Shown: in pieces, positions 19,096-27,868 of the stretch
How the letters are laid out: every line of letters begins with the position of its first letter
How positions within the stretch are numbered: the stretch's first letter is position 1
Assembly: GCA_963799845.1 (NCBI GenBank)
Contig: CAWCYI010000001.1
Location: forward strand, 96,001-160,000
Direction: 5' to 3'
DNA length: 64,000 nucleotides
Source of the DNA: an uncultured Nitrososphaerota archaeon
GTDB taxonomy: Archaea > Thermoproteota > Nitrososphaeria > Nitrososphaerales > CADDZS01
Notes under the pieces: model-generated
Told to the model about the DNA's origin: nothing
The model's database searches: none
The model's input: only the letters and a program-made list of their open reading frames with translations
Translations under genes and position numbers: made by a program

Positions 19096-19886
19096 TTCAG
19101 AGCGGGCCTGTGCTTCAAAACGAATTTTCCTTTGATAGGTTATTTTGTGATGTTATAGTCGAATCAAATTTTTCGATCTACTACAACGCCCACTTTTCAG
19201 ATGACCCAATTTTCAACCATGCCGCAATCTCCAGTTCCATCCTAGATTCGGATGAATACTCTTCAATTGAGATTGCTGCCATCCTCGATTCTATAGTTAC
19301 CAAGACAGATAGCGTTAGAGTCCCGGCCAGCATTTACGTCGAGAGATTTTGGAAAAATGCCCGGCGGTTTGAGGGAGACTCAATTGATTATGGTTTCCGA
19401 ATAATTGAGCAAATGGAAGTTCTGACTAAAGGAGTCGAAAGACCCCCGGAGGAAGACACCGACATCAGAGTTGAGCGGACTAAAGACATCAATACCTGGA
19501 ACAAGACGTTTGTCAAGTCATTTGGAATTCCTCCCAGCTGGCTTTCCGAACTTGAAAGGCGAACGAGAATGCTTCTTGATGATGAATCTACAATTTTGAT
19601 GATAGCGAGAGAGAAAAATTTGATAGAGCCTTCGGGCTGTCTCCTCTTGCACATAGACCCGAGGGATCACTTGGGCGTGTACTGCGTAGGAACCATCCCT
19701 GAACGCAGATCTCATGGTGTCGCAAAATCGATGATGATCACTACGCAAGAATATGCATTTCAAAATAAATGCAGAACAATCCTGCTTCAGACACTCAAAA
19801 GCGATGGTGTAACGCCCATGTATCTGAAGATGGGTTTTGCCATCGATTTTCAAAGAGACGTTCTTCAGTTCCAGAGGACTGCATGA
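19092..19886 (+). CDS. GNAT-family acetyltransferase
   Basis: C-terminal VYCVGTIPERRSHGVAK and MYLKMGF. TTG at 19092 overlaps the cysS stop (TTGA). Confidence 0.8.
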   Translation: MIQSGPVLQNEFSFDRLFCDVIVESNFSIYYNAHFSDDPIFNHAAISSSILDSDEYSSIEIAAILDSIVTKTDSVRVPASIYVERFWKNARRFEGDSIDYGFRIIEQMEVLTKGVERPPEEDTDIRVERTKDINTWNKTFVKSFGIPPSWLSELERRTRMLLDDESTILMIAREKNLIEPSGCLLLHIDPRDHLGVYCVGTIPERRSHGVAKSMMITTQEYAFQNKCRTILLQTLKSDGVTPMYLKMGFAIDFQRDVLQFQRTA

Positions 19887-19894
19887 AGCGGCCT

Positions 19895-20659
19895 CTATTT
19901 CTTTTGCTGCTGCATTGTTTTGATGACTTCGGAGATTCGTTTGTTGACCTCCGTAACAATCGTGTCTCTTTGTTCTGGCCGCAAGATCATGATCGTCAGT
20001 GTCAATTCGGTCGATTGAGGAGTCCGGGACTTTATCGTTAAGACGGGCGGGAATCTCTTATCCAGATGGAGCCTCAACTTGTTGAAGTTCTTGAGGACAT
20101 TGCTTTCAAATGCAGCGAGATCTATTGAACTCCCGATGACGATTGGAATCGTCACCTCTTTCCATGCCTGAGGTGTCGAGTTCATGACAACCTCGCTGAT
20201 CATGGCCGAATTTGGCACAGAAACCAGCCTGTCGTCGTCTGTCAATAGGATCGTGGTTATGGAATTTACTTCGACCACCTTTCCAGAATGATTGAGAACC
20301 GTAATAGAATCTCCGACCTTGAAGGGAACGTAAACATCACTGAAATATTTTGCACCCACGTTCTCGAGCGGCACGCGCAATGCGATAATCGCGCCGACAC
20401 CTACCAGTCCAACCATGACGAGGAGGATATCCGAACGAATTCCGAGCTGTTCAATCGCAAGCACTATTCCGATTAGCCAGACGATGAACCAGACAACCCT
20501 TTTCGCCTGAGTTACCAGAAGAGGAACACTCTGTCTCAACAATCTGCCGGTTACTATGCTCGCCAGTCTTGCGACTACCCAGGTTGCGATAAGAATCGCA
20601 GCGAAGTAGACTACTGGAATTAGATACTGGAAAACACCCTCCAACTGACCAATTGTCAA
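19895..20659 (-). CDS. mscS: Small-conductance mechanosensitive channel
   Basis: Three TM helices, then PFKVGDSI, GKVVEVN..TT, VSVPNS. Confidence 0.88.
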   Translation of the reverse strand: MTIGQLEGVFQYLIPVVYFAAILIATWVVARLASIVTGRLLRQSVPLLVTQAKRVVWFIVWLIGIVLAIEQLGIRSDILLVMVGLVGVGAIIALRVPLENVGAKYFSDVYVPFKVGDSITVLNHSGKVVEVNSITTILLTDDDRLVSVPNSAMISEVVMNSTPQAWKEVTIPIVIGSSIDLAAFESNVLKNFNKLRLHLDKRFPPVLTIKSRTPQSTELTLTIMILRPEQRDTIVTEVNKRISEVIKTMQQQKK

Positions 20660-20778
20660 GAGATTTATCAGCTGTTACGAATTGGCTTATTTCTCTTCCT
20701 ATATTAAAACAAACAAAGACTGGCAATTTCTGAACCAAGACGCGCGTAACGCAACAAGATTCAGGCTGACCTAAATTA

Positions 20779-20937
20779 TCAAGTCTCCATCTGGCGTTCG
20801 TGATCGGCTCGTTTCGGTTTAACTAATTTTTCGTGTAATTGGAAGTCGCATGAAGTACAGAGAAATTGTCTGTGCGAAGAACAGTAGCTCACATCTTCGT
20901 CCGCACCGCACTTTTCACAAAAAAACCAACTCACCAA
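20779..20937 (-). CDS. Stand-alone B-box-type zinc-finger micro-protein (52 aa), not in the ORF track
   Basis: MVSWFFCEKCGADEDVSYCSSHRQFLCTSCDFQLHEKLVKPKRADHERQMET*. Paralog at 52490-52633. AT-rich box ~25-30 nt upstream of the TTG. Confidence 0.8.
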   Translation of the reverse strand: MVSWFFCEKCGADEDVSYCSSHRQFLCTSCDFQLHEKLVKPKRADHERQMET

Positions 20938-21089
20938 TTGCTAATATCTCCGATTGCATTCGATAAATATTGAGACTAAAATCAGATTTCCCCTGAGCAA
21001 AAATTCAAGTTTCTCGTAGTGGATCAATTACCTAATTTATTCCGCCATCGTTCGGACCGATGAATCTTCTTTTCAAAAAAGGGGGAGGG

Positions 21090-21111
21090 TACTGGTGCTT
21101 TCGCATCAGTA
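21090..21111 (-). terminator. GAAA-loop hairpin followed by a U-tract, downstream of 21140-21757
   Basis: Minus strand TACTGATGC-GAAA-GCACCAGTA, then CCCTCCCCCTTTTTT. Confidence 0.4.
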
Positions 21112-21139
21112 TACCAAATTACCGTGGTGAATTCCCTAC

Positions 21140-21757
21140 TTAGCCACATGCCTGAGACAGTGCATAGTCAGTCTGAAGGACAAGACCTGTCTGCCCGTTC
21201 AGATTCGCTACGAAGAAACTAAAGTTCTGTCCGTGACCGCTAGCCCACATCGCACTTGTGACCTGCTGACCCAAGGTATTTGTGTCCTGGCCATTGGCTG
21301 GCACCCAGTACCAGTTCCAAGTGAACGCCTTTTGCGAGGGCACAGTGAAGGTCATCTGTCCGTTACCGTTGAAGGCAATCGTCACGTTAGTTCCTGGTGC
21401 AAGTACCTGAAAACCGATTCCGTTAAGGGCGCTGCAATCTGATGCGGAAGGACCAGCTACCGGGTCAGAGTTTCCCCCACTTTGATCGGATGTCGAAGTA
21501 ACCGTTGTTGTGCTATCTACAGTGGTGGTCGAAGAAGTTACTGTGGTGGTAGAGGTGCTGGAAGAAGTGCACGTCACTGCGCCATCTTCACCGCCTTGAT
21601 GACATCCCTTTCCTGCAGCTAGTGGAAGTGCAGCGTTTGAAGTCCTTAGTCCAACTGCTAGAGAGGCTATCAAGAAAATGAAGACGAAACTCATCAGCGC
21701 TAGAGTTCCCTTCGCTGTTCTCAGCTTACTGGAAGTAGTACGTGATCCTGTTAACAT
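21140..21757 (-). CDS. Secreted protein with Ser/Thr linker and small Cys-bounded beta domain
   Basis: Signal-like hydrophobic N-terminus, TSSSTSTTTVTSSTTT linker, four Cys. Confidence 0.75.
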   Translation of the reverse strand: MLTGSRTTSSKLRTAKGTLALMSFVFIFLIASLAVGLRTSNAALPLAAGKGCHQGGEDGAVTCTSSSTSTTTVTSSTTTVDSTTTVTSTSDQSGGNSDPVAGPSASDCSALNGIGFQVLAPGTNVTIAFNGNGQMTFTVPSQKAFTWNWYWVPANGQDTNTLGQQVTSAMWASGHGQNFSFFVANLNGQTGLVLQTDYALSQACG

Positions 21758-22246
21758 AGTTCTCTAGTACGGAGCTCAAATCTATATAATACTTCCAAAC
21801 GATTTCAATTTTCCACAAACGCCTAAATCTAATGCTCTAAGAACCTTCAGCGCCTAACTGAATTTGAGCGTGGTCAGCCCCATTCGATTTTCGAATGATA
21901 TCGATAATCGATAGGGGTGTCTCCTATTTTTGGAAAGATTTTGAACTAGGCAATTTTGAGTCGGCCTAACAGTTTTTTGAAATAAGTGTTTCCGATCTTG
22001 AAAGGAAACACAACAGAATTAACAATCGGAAAAGTCAAATTTTGAAACAATGTCACTATAAAGTTAGGGCGTTCCAGTATTTCTAAAAACAAATGATTTT
22101 ACAGTTCTATTGGATATAAGAGATTCTTTTTTTAGAGCAACAAGAAACCCACAGTTTGACAAAGCAATCTTATGCTGCAAATTAGGCAATTTCGGGTATC
22201 TAAAACGACAAGAAAAATCAAAACAGTATGGGAAAAAGAGCTACGA

Positions 22247-22266
22247 ACCGGCCTCGCACGGCCGGT
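22247..22266 (-). terminator. GC-rich hairpin downstream of BNR paralog 1
   Basis: ACCGGCC-tcgcac-GGCCGGT, followed on the minus strand by T-rich sequence. Confidence 0.35.
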
Positions 22267-22322
22267 AACAGTTTGCGGGAGTTTTTAAGAAAGGAATAAT
22301 TTCTGGATACTATTGCAACTTG

Positions 22323-23627
22323 TCAAGTATCTGAGAAATAGATCTGGGTTGTAGTTGCGTTATTCTCCCACGCGCCAAACGCAGTCGACCCGGTGTTGGC
22401 AATCGCTCCGGTTGCAATATCTTGTTCCGCTTGAGCACCCGAAGCGGGGCCGTTGTTGCTCAGATAAACTGGCGTGGACCAGGTTGATCCACCATCAGAG
22501 CTATACGTGACCAAGGTTTGCCAGTCGTTATTCTTTGTATTAACTTTCTCGCTCCACATGACGTAGACGTTACTGCCCGAGGTCGAAACAGTAAACGGCC
22601 ACTCGTTATCTCGATTTGCAATTCCAATTACAAGCGGCCCGCTCCATGATGTTCCGGTGTTCGTTGATACGTCAACGTATTCCTGAGAGCTCGATCCGCC
22701 GGGAAAAGTCCTCCAAGCAACGAAAAACGTGCTACCAGAGATCCCCAACATCGGGGCCCACGCATCGGGCGTCGCAGTTGACAGGACTTCTTTAGTACTA
22801 AATTTGACACCGCTATTGGTGCTATAGACTGCGTAGATTACGCTTGAACTCCCCTTCGTCTCCCACGCGGCCAAGACGTCGGTTCCCGCAGCGGCGATCC
22901 ACGGTTCTGCGCCAGATCCGAAACTAAAGATCTTCCAGGACACACCCGCGTTGTTGCTGACGGCAAGTTTGATTCCGTCACCAATGGCATAAACGTTGGC
23001 ACCCACACCTGCTATTTGCGGTTCGTGAGAGCCGGAGAATTTGAAGGGCGTGGTCCAAGTCGCCCCGTTATTGGCGCTCACAGTTACGAACGAGGCGGAT
23101 CCGGCAATCCAAGCTACGTAGACGTAGTTACCATACGCTGCAATGACGGGCGTCGAAGCGGCTGTAGTGGGATTGGTATCTACTATTATTGCAGGGTTGA
23201 AGGCGACTCCACTGTCAGAACTTGAGGCAAAGTAAATTTGCGAAACCTTATTGGTCGATGTTGTCTGGGTCCATACAACGTAAACGTAGCTACCATAAGC
23301 CGCCATCAATGGATAATTGGAAGTCCCTCCAACTGTGGGACTAATACGGAGAGGAGCAGATGACAAAGACGGATTCCAAGTTGACCCCTCGTCGGGACTG
23401 GATCTAAATTGAATACCGTGACTTTTTTCCGTCCACACGACGTACACACTGCTGCCTGAACTTTGGACGTTGGGATACTGGGCACTATTCGAATCATTGC
23501 TGAGATTGAACGCCGGATTGAAACTCGGTGGGCTCGTCGCACCTACGACCAAAAATATTCCTGAGGAAAGAAGGAAAACTGTTATCAACGACACCCCACA
23601 TACAAAGGTTCCGAACCTTTTATTCAC
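22323..23627 (-). CDS. Secreted Asp-box/BNR (sialidase-like) beta-propeller, paralog 1
   Basis: Signal peptide; repeated SxDxGxTW/SxNxGxTW boxes, each preceded by VYVxW. Confidence 0.85.
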   Translation of the reverse strand: MNKRFGTFVCGVSLITVFLLSSGIFLVVGATSPPSFNPAFNLSNDSNSAQYPNVQSSGSSVYVVWTEKSHGIQFRSSPDEGSTWNPSLSSAPLRISPTVGGTSNYPLMAAYGSYVYVVWTQTTSTNKVSQIYFASSSDSGVAFNPAIIVDTNPTTAASTPVIAAYGNYVYVAWIAGSASFVTVSANNGATWTTPFKFSGSHEPQIAGVGANVYAIGDGIKLAVSNNAGVSWKIFSFGSGAEPWIAAAGTDVLAAWETKGSSSVIYAVYSTNSGVKFSTKEVLSTATPDAWAPMLGISGSTFFVAWRTFPGGSSSQEYVDVSTNTGTSWSGPLVIGIANRDNEWPFTVSTSGSNVYVMWSEKVNTKNNDWQTLVTYSSDGGSTWSTPVYLSNNGPASGAQAEQDIATGAIANTGSTAFGAWENNATTTQIYFSDT

Positions 23628-24128
23628 TTTCGTGTACTCTCACCAGAATCTGAACTAACCAGCTCTATGTATTTTACTGCACAATTTTCCAGCTCGTCCA
23701 GGAATGATAAATCAATATTCAGAAATAACAATGATCGAGTTGAGACCAGTAGTTTACTATTTATTATTAGTTACACCTTTCGAATTTTGGACACTCTCCA
23801 TAAACAGAGAAAAGTTCGAAATATGCCGATCTTAGAAAAATTAGTTCTGCTTCTTCATGCATCAAATTTCTTGAAACAATGTACTGTAACAATCATGTAT
23901 CGGCTCCCGCTATAGGAGCGCGCTACAAAGAATCAAGCAGAAATAGCCTTTGATGATCGGATTCAAGTTGATACAAAGTAGATTTGAGATTTTGCACCAG
24001 TGCTAATCTAATACTACACATGCCCGCTCACATCAGTCCATTCATTTTATTCGACCCAAAAGGACCTCCTCGAAGTGCGAAATCGCTGACAAAACATATC
24101 TAATCAGAGAACAAGTTATTTTAGGAAT

Positions 24129-24812
24129 TTGGCGTCAATCAAGGTTCTTGCGATCGCACTTATCGTATTGGTGGTTGCAATAATCTCATCTGCGATAATT
24201 GTGGGTTCGTCTGTCAACATCCCCCTTTCTTCTAATTCGGGTGGTACGACGACCCAGACCTCAGTAGTGCTTCAGACGGTAAATTTGACGAGCACTTATT
24301 CGACGACCCTTCCGTTGACTACATTTCTGACACAGACTCTCACCACACTTTCTACAGATCTTAACATATCGAATCTAGTCCGAACAGTGAGCACCACAGA
24401 AGTTTCGACGGACGTTTACGTAACGACAACCAGCAACATTGTCTACATAACAAGTTCGATTTATTACATAACTACTGAAGTCCAAATAAGTTTAACATAC
24501 AAGAACGGAGGTACTTCTACTGCTCTTACAACTTCGACCGTAACATATAGTACTACAGAAACTGTTGCGTCTTCTACGGTCTATATTACCGCGACAACAA
24601 CGCCTACAACGACTGTCACAAGCACGTCTTTTGGCACGACTACTGAAATTGTCCCAACTACCCTTACCACTGTGAATGAAACATCAACAGTTACAACTCC
24701 GATTACGGTTACAAGTGTGAATGCCACGGAAACGGATACAGTTACTAGTACGGTAACGAGTACAAGTACTACAACAACGACTTGTATACCGCCGAATCCG
24801 CCGTTTTGCTAA
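24129..24812 (+). CDS. Membrane-anchored Thr/Val-rich stalk (mucin/adhesin-like) protein
   Basis: N-terminal TM, very high Thr content, ends CIPPNPPFC. Confidence 0.75.
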   Translation: MASIKVLAIALIVLVVAIISSAIIVGSSVNIPLSSNSGGTTTQTSVVLQTVNLTSTYSTTLPLTTFLTQTLTTLSTDLNISNLVRTVSTTEVSTDVYVTTTSNIVYITSSIYYITTEVQISLTYKNGGTSTALTTSTVTYSTTETVASSTVYITATTTPTTTVTSTSFGTTTEIVPTTLTTVNETSTVTTPITVTSVNATETDTVTSTVTSTSTTTTTCIPPNPPFC

Positions 24813-25008
24813 GCTTATTCCAAACCTGATACTCGATGCCATCGGATACGGATACGGATTCAGAATTTTAATTCTTCTAGTTGTCGCAAGTTTGTCCGTA
24901 GCTTGCTCGTACTAACATGATAAGTTCCGTTTTAGAATACACCCTTCTTTTCGATGATTTTGTATTTTGGAATCCATGTGAGATGCTAAATAGATTCAGT
25001 ATGAACAT

Positions 25009-26355
25009 ATGGATTTGTTCGAAGGTAATTCTCGATTGGCCAAACACACTGCAAGATTTGCAATAATCGCTTTTTCACTTCTAGCAATATTACTGCCCTC
25101 TTCTTTTATGGTATCCAGAGCGGATTCTCTGGCGACTCCTACTTTTTCAACGGCGATAAATCTGAGCGCAGACAAAAACATCGCGCAGTATCCGATGGTT
25201 GCGAATTCAGGCGACAATGTTTACGTTGCCTGGACAGAAGGTAAGGCGGGAATATTTTTCAGATCGAGCTCCAATGATGGGTCGACCTGGAATCCTTCGA
25301 TAACGACGACTGCAATGAAATTGAGCTCAGCTGGAGGAAACCCATCTTACCCCGTGATTACAGCTAACGGTAGTAATGTTTACGTCGCGTGGTCCCAAAG
25401 AACGAAAGGCGATGCTGCTCCGCGGATCTACTTCTCATACAGCGTGAATTTTGGAGCAACTTTTTCAAAGCCTATTGCAATTGATGTTACCCCGGCTGTT
25501 GCAGCGATCACACCGGTAATCGCAGGATGGGGGAACGATGTTTATGTGGCATGGTCAGCCAACGAGCTATCTTACGTGACATCGAGCACTGATAACGGGT
25601 CTAGTTGGGGCCAGGTCTACCAGTTCGGCGGATATCATGAGCCGCAGCTGGCGGCATGGGGATCCAACGTTTATTTCATCTCCGACAGTACAGGTTCCCT
25701 GAGTCTAGCGTATGCATACAGCAACGACAACGGAAATACTTGGCATTCTTCCTCGATGGGCACGGGAGGATCAGAACCTTGGATCGCAGCCTCCGGTTCG
25801 AACGTCTATATCACCTATGAATTAAAGAGCAATTCTGGTGCAAAGGTCTATGGATGGATTAGCCACGACAATGGAGTCAGCCTCGGAAATCAATTGTTGT
25901 TTAGCAGCAGCATCCCTAGCGGTTTCGAACCACAGTTATACGCTTCCGGAACGAACGTATACCTGGCAATTCACCAGGTAGGTGCCAAGCCTCAGGTTTG
26001 GATGGAAGTTTCGGTCGATTCGGGTGACAGTTGGAACAACAATGTCTCTCTTAGCGGGATTGGAAACAATGGCTGGGCGACTGTAATCTCAATTTCTGGA
26101 CAGAACATCTTTACAATCTGGGGTGCTCAAGTGGGAGCTACATCAACTTGGAATGCCTACATCGGTTACTCTGGAGACGGAGGGAATACCTGGACTTCTG
26201 CTCCAGGAGTTGACGTGAGTAACAATGCAAATGGCGTTGCAGCTCCCAACACAGATATCGCCTCGAGTTCCATTGCTTCTTATGGAACCCACGGGTTTGC
26301 TGCCTGGCAGAGTACTAAAACCGGCATTGATCAGATCTGGTTCGCTTCATCCTGA
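25009..26355 (+). CDS. Secreted Asp-box/BNR beta-propeller, paralog 2
   Basis: SNDGSTW, STDNGSSW, SNDNGNTW, SVDSGDSW, SGDGGNTW; same N- and C-terminal motifs as paralog 1. Confidence 0.85.
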   Translation: MDLFEGNSRLAKHTARFAIIAFSLLAILLPSSFMVSRADSLATPTFSTAINLSADKNIAQYPMVANSGDNVYVAWTEGKAGIFFRSSSNDGSTWNPSITTTAMKLSSAGGNPSYPVITANGSNVYVAWSQRTKGDAAPRIYFSYSVNFGATFSKPIAIDVTPAVAAITPVIAGWGNDVYVAWSANELSYVTSSTDNGSSWGQVYQFGGYHEPQLAAWGSNVYFISDSTGSLSLAYAYSNDNGNTWHSSSMGTGGSEPWIAASGSNVYITYELKSNSGAKVYGWISHDNGVSLGNQLLFSSSIPSGFEPQLYASGTNVYLAIHQVGAKPQVWMEVSVDSGDSWNNNVSLSGIGNNGWATVISISGQNIFTIWGAQVGATSTWNAYIGYSGDGGNTWTSAPGVDVSNNANGVAAPNTDIASSSIASYGTHGFAAWQSTKTGIDQIWFASS

Positions 26356-26407
26356 ATGAAAATTTCAGTGGGTTAGCGGACAAATCTGGGGACAATAACG
26401 TTCTCGA

Positions 26408-26719
26408 CTACTCTGTTTTCGTGGTAAGACCGATCACGAGCACGAAGTAGGCAAGACCGAGAATACCAATAACAGCGAGTCCGATGCCAATGTACAATTG
26501 GCCGTGAACTGTCGAGAGCATAGACTGCAGCTGAAATCCTGTCACGTTGTAAGGGCAGGGACCATTGTTTATGCAAATCTGTAGAACTTTCTCGGTTTCA
26601 TACGCTGTATATGCCAAGCGCACCCCTACCGCAAGAGCAACAGCTGCTACGATGGAGAGAAATGTTCTCGCGATTATACTTCTGGAACTCAAATTCAAAA
26701 ACCTGGTAGGCGAATTCAA
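26408..26719 (-). CDS. Small two-TM protein with a CINNGPC loop
   Basis: Two hydrophobic helices flanking a Cys pair. Confidence 0.6.
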   Translation of the reverse strand: MNSPTRFLNLSSRSIIARTFLSIVAAVALAVGVRLAYTAYETEKVLQICINNGPCPYNVTGFQLQSMLSTVHGQLYIGIGLAVIGILGLAYFVLVIGLTTKTE

Positions 26720-27034
26720 AATAAACTTTGGATTTTCCTCAATATTCTAAACCATTCTAAAACCCAGAGGAAAGTATCCGAATTATTGGACTTTGAATTT
26801 GCTCTGATCTCGTCGCCCTAAATATCACAGGAAAAAGAACTCTAACTCAATTTAGCCATTACTATTCTCGCAATTTAAACTTAGTCGCGATATGCTTCTA
26901 ATTGCGTTAAATTAAAGCGACCCGTTCAAGCTAAATGACGCAGCATTGAAAGCCAACAACTCGCGGGAGAATTTTCCCACGAGTGAAGCTCCCTTGGGTT
27001 AGATCAGCGATTTTCGTAATTGGTATTCGAGACC

Positions 27035-27508
27035 CTAGTGCACATTCGGAATCGGGAGGGGAGCCACTATCCCTGATCGGTCTTCACCCAATTCCGGCAT
27101 CGGAACGCCTCTTCCGATAATTGTCCCTATCATTAGGAGATTTTGCGCCACTAATACCCCTTTCGCAGTAAGTCGAACTTCAACGGATCCGATTACCCTG
27201 CCCTCGGCCATCTCTCTACGCTGCTTGCAGTTGAGCAATCCCGTGTCGATCAGCATTATTTTCACTTTCGCCCAACTCGATGCGCTTATACCCGCTCTCT
27301 TTGTGATTTGTCCTGACGAAAGAGATCCGTCCTTTGACAACAAGAGGGCGATAAGGATCTTCGATTGGAGGGAACCTAAAACATAATTGTCCAATTCTGA
27401 CGATACGGAACCTGCTGAAGAGTTTGATTGATCAATATGCTCCAACTCTGGATTTCCAAAGACATATTGAGTCCGCCCTAAATTTACCTCTTGTAACTGA
27501 AGTGCCAA
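27035..27508 (-). CDS. Winged-HTH transcriptional regulator
   Basis: KILIALL..LSSGQITKRAGISASSWAKV...L...GLL...VRLTAKG. Confidence 0.7.
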   Translation of the reverse strand: MALQLQEVNLGRTQYVFGNPELEHIDQSNSSAGSVSSELDNYVLGSLQSKILIALLLSKDGSLSSGQITKRAGISASSWAKVKIMLIDTGLLNCKQRREMAEGRVIGSVEVRLTAKGVLVAQNLLMIGTIIGRGVPMPELGEDRSGIVAPLPIPNVH

Positions 27509-27868
27509 TTCGATCTCTCAATCCAGATCTGTACTCCATGACGAAATAAGCATTTTTCCTATCGATTGTGGATATATCGTAACCGATGTATCGATTTTTT
27601 TATTATGCTGAGAAAATTGTGCGTACGCCTAATTGTTATGAATTTGATGAGTCGATCACTCGGCCTTGAAAGTCTAATGAGCAAACGACTCCTATCGAAT
27701 TTCGATGCATGAGCGTGAGATAATTTCTCGGCCTCAACCAGACACATGAGATTAGTGCTCGATCGGTAAGATATGAGGTTGAGATAAGTCCGGCAAAGGT
27801 CATCGATTAGATCTTGGATATATTTAATACGCATATAGCGAAGACTTTTTGGAAAAAGGGGATCGAAG

